Under the pieces are notes generated by a model. That model did not search any database and was not told the origin of the DNA. It saw only the letters and a program-made list of their open reading frames with translations. Below are positions 58,314 to 64,000 of a DNA stretch of 64,000 nt, in pieces. The stretch is from an uncultured Pelagibacteraceae bacterium (GTDB lineage Bacteria > Pseudomonadota > Alphaproteobacteria > Pelagibacterales > Pelagibacteraceae). Where the stretch lies: contig CACNGH010000005.1 in NCBI GenBank assembly GCA_902619815.1, positions 15,640-79,639 of the forward strand, in the 5' to 3' direction. The position numbers and the translations under genes are program-made. How positions within the stretch are numbered: position 1 is the first letter of the stretch; the number at the start of each line of letters is the position of its first letter.

Positions 58314-59570
58314 ATGCAAAAATATTCTATATTCAATTTAGTTAAAAACGCGTTTTCTAATCATGAAAACTGGGATTTAGCTTGGAAAGATCCAACCCCA
58401 AAAGAGGAATATGATGTAGTTATTATTGGTGGTGGAGGCCATGGACTTGCCACTGCATATTACCTTGCAAAAGAACATAATATTACCAAGGTAGCAATTA
58501 TTGAAAAAGGTTGGATAGGTGGTGGAAACGTTGGAAGAAACACAACGATAATTAGATCAAATTACATGCATGATGAAAACGCTCTCTTTAGTGAGTTTGG
58601 AATGGATCTGTGGAGAAAAATGAGCCAAGATTTAAATTATAATGTGATGTTTTCTCCAAGAGGAATTATCAATCTTGCACACTCAGATGCACAAATGAAT
58701 GCCTATGCAAGACGAGGAAATTCAATGAGATTAAACGGGATTGATGCAGTCTTATTAAACCGTGAACAAGTAAAAGAAATAATTCCAATGGCTGACTTTT
58801 CCGAAAACGTAAGGTTTCCAATTTTTGGTGGATTAATGCAACCAAGCGCAGGAACAGCAAGACACGATGCAGTTGCTTGGGGATACGCACGTCAAGCAGA
58901 CTCGATGGGTGTAGATATAATTCAAAATTGTGAAGTTACTGGTTTTGATGTTACAGCGGGCAAGATTAATGGCATAAGAACATCTCGAGGAAATATAAAA
59001 ACAAAAAAAGTTGGTTTATGTGTTGCTGGAAGTACAAATATTTTAGCCGAAAAGTTAAATATGACTTTACCTATAGAAACACACCTTCTTCAAGCGTGTG
59101 TATCAGAGCCAGTTAAACCAATTTTAGATAGAGTAGTAACTTTTGGTGCTGGTCATTTTTACATTAGTCAATCTGATAAAGGAGAAATGGTGATGGGTGG
59201 AGATCTTGATGGATATAACAGCTACGCTCAAAGAGGAAATTTACCAACTCTCCAACATGTTTTGACCGAGGGAATAGCAATGATGCCTTTTTTAAGTAAA
59301 TTGAAAATGCTCAGAACTTGGGGTGGTATAATGGATATGTCAATGGATGGTTCGCCTATAATTGACAAAACACATATTGATGGTTTGTATTTGAACTGTG
59401 GTTGGTGTTACGGAGGTTTCAAAGCAACACCAGCATCTGGTTGGACATTTGCACACACAATTGCTCAAGATAGAGTTCATGAATTAAATGCTGGACTTAG
59501 TTTAAATCGATTTAGCACAGGCCACTTAATTGATGAAAAAGGACTTGGTACGAAGACCTGGATATCTTAA
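58314..59570 (+). CDS. soxB: Heterotetrameric sarcosine oxidase beta subunit / N-methylglutamate dehydrogenase MgdA
   Basis: GGGGHG, GRNTTIIRSNY, GTARHDAVAWG, GWCYGGFKATP. Confidence 0.9.
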   Translation: MQKYSIFNLVKNAFSNHENWDLAWKDPTPKEEYDVVIIGGGGHGLATAYYLAKEHNITKVAIIEKGWIGGGNVGRNTTIIRSNYMHDENALFSEFGMDLWRKMSQDLNYNVMFSPRGIINLAHSDAQMNAYARRGNSMRLNGIDAVLLNREQVKEIIPMADFSENVRFPIFGGLMQPSAGTARHDAVAWGYARQADSMGVDIIQNCEVTGFDVTAGKINGIRTSRGNIKTKKVGLCVAGSTNILAEKLNMTLPIETHLLQACVSEPVKPILDRVVTFGAGHFYISQSDKGEMVMGGDLDGYNSYAQRGNLPTLQHVLTEGIAMMPFLSKLKMLRTWGGIMDMSMDGSPIIDKTHIDGLYLNCGWCYGGFKATPASGWTFAHTIAQDRVHELNAGLSLNRFSTGHLIDEKGLGTKTWIS

Positions 59571-59840
59571 ATGCTTCATATTAAATGTCCTTATTGTGGG
59601 ATGAGATCGCAAAATGAATTTTCTTACGGTGGAGATGCAAGCGTAAAAAGACCTGAACTTAACAAAGAAATCTCTGATCAAGAATGGGATAGTTTTGTAT
59701 ACAATCGAAAAAGTTTAAGAGGTAAGCACTTAGAGTTGTGGCAGCATCTATCTGGATGTAGGCAATGGATTAAGGTAGAGAGAGATACTGCTACTCACGA
59801 AATATTTAATACACATAAAGCAGACGAGGAAATTTCTTAA
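59571..59840 (+). CDS. soxD: Sarcosine oxidase delta subunit / MgdB
   Basis: CPYCG, EFSYGG, HLSGCRQW, RDTATH. Confidence 0.92.
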   Translation: MLHIKCPYCGMRSQNEFSYGGDASVKRPELNKEISDQEWDSFVYNRKSLRGKHLELWQHLSGCRQWIKVERDTATHEIFNTHKADEEIS

Positions 59841-62836
59841 TGACTCAAGCATTTAGATTAGAAAATGGTGGACTGATAAATAGGGATAAAAAGTTATCAT
59901 TCAAATTTAATGGAAAAACATACTATGGTTATGAAGGAGATACTTTAGCATCTGCATTAATTGCGAATGGAGTTCATTTAGTAGGTAGAAGCTTTAAGTA
60001 TCACAGACCAAGAGGCTTTTTCGGAGCTGGGGTAGATGAGCCTTATGCAATTGTTCAGCTTTATAGAAATAATGAAACAGAACCAAATGTTAAAGCTACT
60101 GAACAAGAACTTTTTGAGGGATTAGAAGCTAAAAGTGTAAATTGTTGGCCAAGTGTAAATTTTGATATTGGTGCAATAAATAATTTTTTAAAAATTTTTC
60201 TACCTGCAGGATTTTATTATAAGACCTTTATGTGGCCTAAAAGTTTTTGGTATAGAGTTTACGAACCTTTTATTAGAAAAGCAGCAGGTTTAGGTGTTGC
60301 CTCGACCAAACACGATAAGGAGAGGTATGAGCATAAATATGAATACTGTGATTTATTAATTGCTGGTTCTGGTCCATCAGGTTTAGCAAGTGCTTATGCA
60401 GCAGCAAAAAATGGTGCAAGAGTAATTTTAGCTGAGGATAAACCAAGATTTGGAGGATCCCTATTAACTAGTGATGTAAATATTGGAAACCAATCTGGTG
60501 AGGATTGGGCAAATAGTATTATTGCTGAGCTGAAAGAAATGCCAAATGTAGTTGTTAAAAATAGATCCCAAGTTTTTGGTTACTACGACCATAACATGTT
60601 AGTGATGTCAGAAAAAGTTAGCGATCATCTCCCAAAAACAAAAAAGTATCATCCAAAACAAAGACTTTGGTATATTAGGGCAAAAGAGGTTTTAATTTCT
60701 TCAGGATCAATTGAAAGGCCATTGGTTTTTGGCAATAATGATACTCCCGGTGTAATGTTGTCCTCAGCAGCAAAAGAATATTTAAAAGTATATGGTGTAT
60801 TAGTTGGTAAAAACCCATTAGTTTTTACAAATAATGATAGTGGATATGAGACAGCAATTGAGTTTAAGAAAAACGGAATTAATCCAATCATCTTAGACTC
60901 TAGAGTTAATCCACAATCAGAAATAATTAATGAAGCAATAAATCTTGGTATTAACATTAAATTTTCATACGTTGTTGTTGCTGCACAGGGATATAAAAAA
61001 GTAAATTCAGCTGATATAGCAAAAATTTCAGATAATAAAAAGCAACTTGGTACAGTTGAAAATATTAAGTGTGATTGCATTTGTGTTTCAGGCTTTTGGA
61101 CGCCAACTATTCATTTAGCATCACAATCAGGCAATAAAACTAAATTTAAAGAAGAAATTGATGCTTTTGTACCTGGAACGTCTAAGCAAAATGAAACAAC
61201 TTTAGGTGCCGCTAATGGGATTTTTACATTAGAAGAAACTTTAAAAGACTCTTTCACTGCTGGTCAAGATCTATCGAAAAAGATTACAAATAATGACAAT
61301 AAAATTTCGTTTCCTAACGTTGTTGAAAAAAAATCTTCTCAACATGACAAGTTTTGGTGTGTTCCTTTGCCTGAAGGAAAAAATTATAAAAGATTTTTAG
61401 ATTTTCAAAATGATGTTTCTGTATCAGATATTGAAATAGCTTTAAAAGAGGGTTATCGATCTATAGAGCATGTTAAAAGGTATACAACTCTTGGAATGGC
61501 AACTGATCAAGGCAAAACAAGTAATTTGAATGGATTACAATTAGTTTCTGATATTGAAAATAAAGTAGTACCAGCAGTAGGCCATACAACTTTTAGACCT
61601 CCATATACACCAATATCTATTGGAGCAATCGTAGGTAGAGAAGTTGGAAAACATTCTAAACCTACTCGTAAATCTCCAATGCATTCTTGGCATGAAAAAA
61701 ACAATGCTGTATTTGTTGATGCTGGAGTTTGGTTAAGACCAAGATATTATAAACAAGGGAATGAAACTCTTTTCGAAGCATCAAAGCGAGAAGCTAAAAA
61801 TGTAAGAACAAATGTTGGAGTTTGTGATGTTACTACCTTGGGAAAAATTGATATAAAGGGTCCTGATGCAGCAGAACTGCTTAATAGAGTATATACAAAT
61901 GCTTGGTTAAAACTACCAGTTGGTAAAGCAAGATATGGAGTGATGCTTAGAGAAGATGGAATTGTTATGGATGATGGAACCACGACTAGGATTTCCGAAA
62001 ATCATTATCATATGACAACCACTACAGCACAAGCAGCAAATGTTCTTTCACATTTAGAATATTATTTACAACTCGTTTGGCCTGAATTGAATGTTAATGT
62101 AGTTTCTACAACCGAACAATGGGCTGGAGCAGCTATAGCAGGACCAAAATCTAGAAAGTTATTAGAAAAATTATTTCCTAACAATGATGTTTCAAATGAG
62201 GGACTGCCTTTTATGGGATATATGGAGTCAGATCTGTTTGGAGTTAAAGCTAGAATTTTCAGAATCTCATTTTCAGGTGAATTAGCTTATGAGGTAAATG
62301 TAGAGTCTGATAATGGAAACTTTATGTGGGAAAAAATCATTAAGTTAGGTCAAGAGTTTCAAGTTCAACCATATGGAACAGAAGCATTATCCACATTGAG
62401 AATTGAAATGGGACATGTAGCGGGATCAGAACTTGATGGAAGAACTATTCCTTACGACACTTCATTAGATGGATTAGTAAGTAAAAAGAAAGATTTTATC
62501 GGTAAAAGGTCATTAAATAGAGAAGCTTTTACCTCAGAAGATAGGCAAAAGATTGTTGGAGTTGTTCCTTTAGATAAAAAAACAAGTATACCAGAGGGCT
62601 CTCATTTGGTTAAAGACGCTAAGGCTCCTTTACCAAATAAAAAATTAGGACACATATCTGCCTCATGTTGGAGTGTAGAGCACGATAATCCTTTTTCACT
62701 TGCAATTTTGAAAGATGGAAAAAATATGATCGGGGAAAAATTATTTGTAATGTCTCCATTAAAAAATAAAGTAATTCCAGTAGAAATAGTTTCATCGCAT
62801 TATGTAGATCCAAAAGGGGAAAGAGTTAGATCATGA
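59840..62836 (+). CDS. soxA: Sarcosine oxidase alpha subunit / MgdC
   Basis: [32 protein letters not shown], GcvT-like C-terminus [11 protein letters not shown]. Confidence 0.93.
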   Translation: MTQAFRLENGGLINRDKKLSFKFNGKTYYGYEGDTLASALIANGVHLVGRSFKYHRPRGFFGAGVDEPYAIVQLYRNNETEPNVKATEQELFEGLEAKSVNCWPSVNFDIGAINNFLKIFLPAGFYYKTFMWPKSFWYRVYEPFIRKAAGLGVASTKHDKERYEHKYEYCDLLIAGSGPSGLASAYAAAKNGARVILAEDKPRFGGSLLTSDVNIGNQSGEDWANSIIAELKEMPNVVVKNRSQVFGYYDHNMLVMSEKVSDHLPKTKKYHPKQRLWYIRAKEVLISSGSIERPLVFGNNDTPGVMLSSAAKEYLKVYGVLVGKNPLVFTNNDSGYETAIEFKKNGINPIILDSRVNPQSEIINEAINLGINIKFSYVVVAAQGYKKVNSADIAKISDNKKQLGTVENIKCDCICVSGFWTPTIHLASQSGNKTKFKEEIDAFVPGTSKQNETTLGAANGIFTLEETLKDSFTAGQDLSKKITNNDNKISFPNVVEKKSSQHDKFWCVPLPEGKNYKRFLDFQNDVSVSDIEIALKEGYRSIEHVKRYTTLGMATDQGKTSNLNGLQLVSDIENKVVPAVGHTTFRPPYTPISIGAIVGREVGKHSKPTRKSPMHSWHEKNNAVFVDAGVWLRPRYYKQGNETLFEASKREAKNVRTNVGVCDVTTLGKIDIKGPDAAELLNRVYTNAWLKLPVGKARYGVMLREDGIVMDDGTTTRISENHYHMTTTTAQAANVLSHLEYYLQLVWPELNVNVVSTTEQWAGAAIAGPKSRKLLEKLFPNNDVSNEGLPFMGYMESDLFGVKARIFRISFSGELAYEVNVESDNGNFMWEKIIKLGQEFQVQPYGTEALSTLRIEMGHVAGSELDGRTIPYDTSLDGLVSKKKDFIGKRSLNREAFTSEDRQKIVGVVPLDKKTSIPEGSHLVKDAKAPLPNKKLGHISASCWSVEHDNPFSLAILKDGKNMIGEKLFVMSPLKNKVIPVEIVSSHYVDPKGERVRS

Positions 62837-63420
62837 GTTCAATTTCAGCTTTAGAAAATATCCATCAAAAAGGAAAATTTGGTGACTGTGAAGAAAAAAA
62901 TGAAAACAATTTAATAAAAATTTCAGAGATAAAAAATTTATTAATTACTCAGATTGTTCAATTCAAAAGTTCTAACGTTGTTTGTGAAGAAATTAAAATA
63001 GACAACCTTAACCTAAGTTCAAAACCATTATCTGTAGTAAACAATGAAAATACTCGAATTCTCTGGAATGGGCCACGAAATTGGTTAGTTATTACATCTA
63101 AAAAAGAAACTTTCACTGAAATTGATGAAAAATTTAAAGAAGATGATTTTGCAGTTACTGATATTTCTCATTCAAAATCAATTATTGAGCTAGAAGGTGA
63201 TCAGGCAAAAGAAGTCTTAAAAAAAGGCTGCCCGTTTAATTTTAACGAATTCTATAAAAATAATTGCCTGAATTCTACATTTAATGGAATGTCAATAATT
63301 GTTGATATGATTAATGATAATCCAGATACATTTAGAATATTTGCCTTAAGAAGTTTTGGAGAGTCTCTTTATCATTCAATAACAGATTCGTCTTTAGAAT
63401 TTGGCTATATAGGAAAATAA
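62833..63420 (+). CDS. soxG: Sarcosine oxidase gamma subunit / MgdD
   Basis: [28 protein letters not shown]; follows soxA. Confidence 0.85.
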   Translation: MSSISALENIHQKGKFGDCEEKNENNLIKISEIKNLLITQIVQFKSSNVVCEEIKIDNLNLSSKPLSVVNNENTRILWNGPRNWLVITSKKETFTEIDEKFKEDDFAVTDISHSKSIIELEGDQAKEVLKKGCPFNFNEFYKNNCLNSTFNGMSIIVDMINDNPDTFRIFALRSFGESLYHSITDSSLEFGYIGK

Positions 63421-63421
63421 T

Positions 63422-64000
63422 TTAATCTCTTGTAGCTATATAAACACCAATCGTTGCAATTAAAAAACCTAAAAGATCTAAATTACTAAGGTTCTCGTTT
63501 AAAAAAAGCCAAGCCATAAATGCAGAGGTAGGTGGAACTAAAAAGAAAATAGAAACTGTTTTACTTGCAGAATTTTTTTTTATTAAAAACATTAAAATTG
63601 TAAAAGCACCAAAGGACACTAAAAAAATTTGGTGGCTCATTGCAATTATAAAATTAGTTGAGAAATTAATGTAAGGTTTTGCAAAAAGAATAATAATTAT
63701 AATATGAAAAATAAATCCACCTAAAGCTTGGTTCATATTATTGACTGATAAAGGTAAATTATTACTTAATTTTTTTTGCCAAATAGTTGATGTTGTTATA
63801 GCTATTAATGCAACTACTGTTGCTACTAATCCAATAGTGGGAATCTCAGTACCAATATCAAAACCTAAGACCATGACTGCACCAGAAAAACCCAACAGAA
63901 CCCCTATCCATTGTTTTAGAGAAACTTTTTCATTTAAAATTGGTCCACTTAATGCATTTGTGAGTATGGGTTGTAGAGTTACTATGAGTGCCGCAATTCC
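63422..64000 (-). CDS. DMT/EamA family transporter, 5' part outside window
   Basis: Frame open to window end (GIAALIVTLQPILT...NEKVS); FFLVPP, LNENL. Confidence 0.85.
   Translation of the reverse strand, partial: GIAALIVTLQPILTNALSGPILNEKVSLKQWIGVLLGFSGAVMVLGFDIGTEIPTIGLVATVVALIAITTSTIWQKKLSNNLPLSVNNMNQALGGFIFHIIIIILFAKPYINFSTNFIIAMSHQIFLVSFGAFTILMFLIKKNSASKTVSIFFLVPPTSAFMAWLFLNENLSNLDLLGFLIATIGVYIATRD

Noticed and set aside
521-62813. Numerous 60-143 aa ORFs antisense or out-of-frame within long genes (e.g. 4396-4722, 16898-17131, 20147-20428, 43912-44166, 60649-61080)
   Set aside because: Largely or wholly overlap well-supported genes, carry no motifs, and have the composition of shadow ORFs

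Overview
Very AT-rich, densely packed chromosomal segment, with many genes abutting or overlapping. Gene content and compaction resemble a streamlined marine alphaproteobacterium of the SAR11/Pelagibacteraceae type (inference). I saw no rRNA, tRNA, CRISPR array, IS element or integrase. In order, the window carries: a Liv-type ABC transporter whose binding-protein gene is convergent; a 4-gene catabolic operon (luciferase-like monooxygenase, DUF1185-like protein, alpha/beta-hydrolase, aldehyde dehydrogenase) resembling trigonelline/pyridine-betaine catabolic clusters; ectoine-utilisation genes (eutA, eutD) beside a PotABCD-like transporter; a housekeeping block (FadN-like, cyclophilin, speB-like, argE, csaA, lysE, acnA, yfgM/bamB-like, zapE, yjbQ, phrB); and a ~30 kb methylated-amine/C1 cluster (gmaS, a divergent Amt, mgsABC-like genes, a second GS-like ligase, an FAD oxidoreductase, tdm, TMAO ABC transporter, tmm, fhs, soxBDAG/mgdABCD). 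The most striking unexplained element is the ~88-nt 5' leader of the monooxygenase operon (8821-8908, minus strand). By hand folding it adopts two mutually exclusive structures, one of which buries the Shine-Dalgarno, which is the layout of a translational ON riboswitch in an operon that has no transcription factor. All family assignments come from motif recognition, not database searches.
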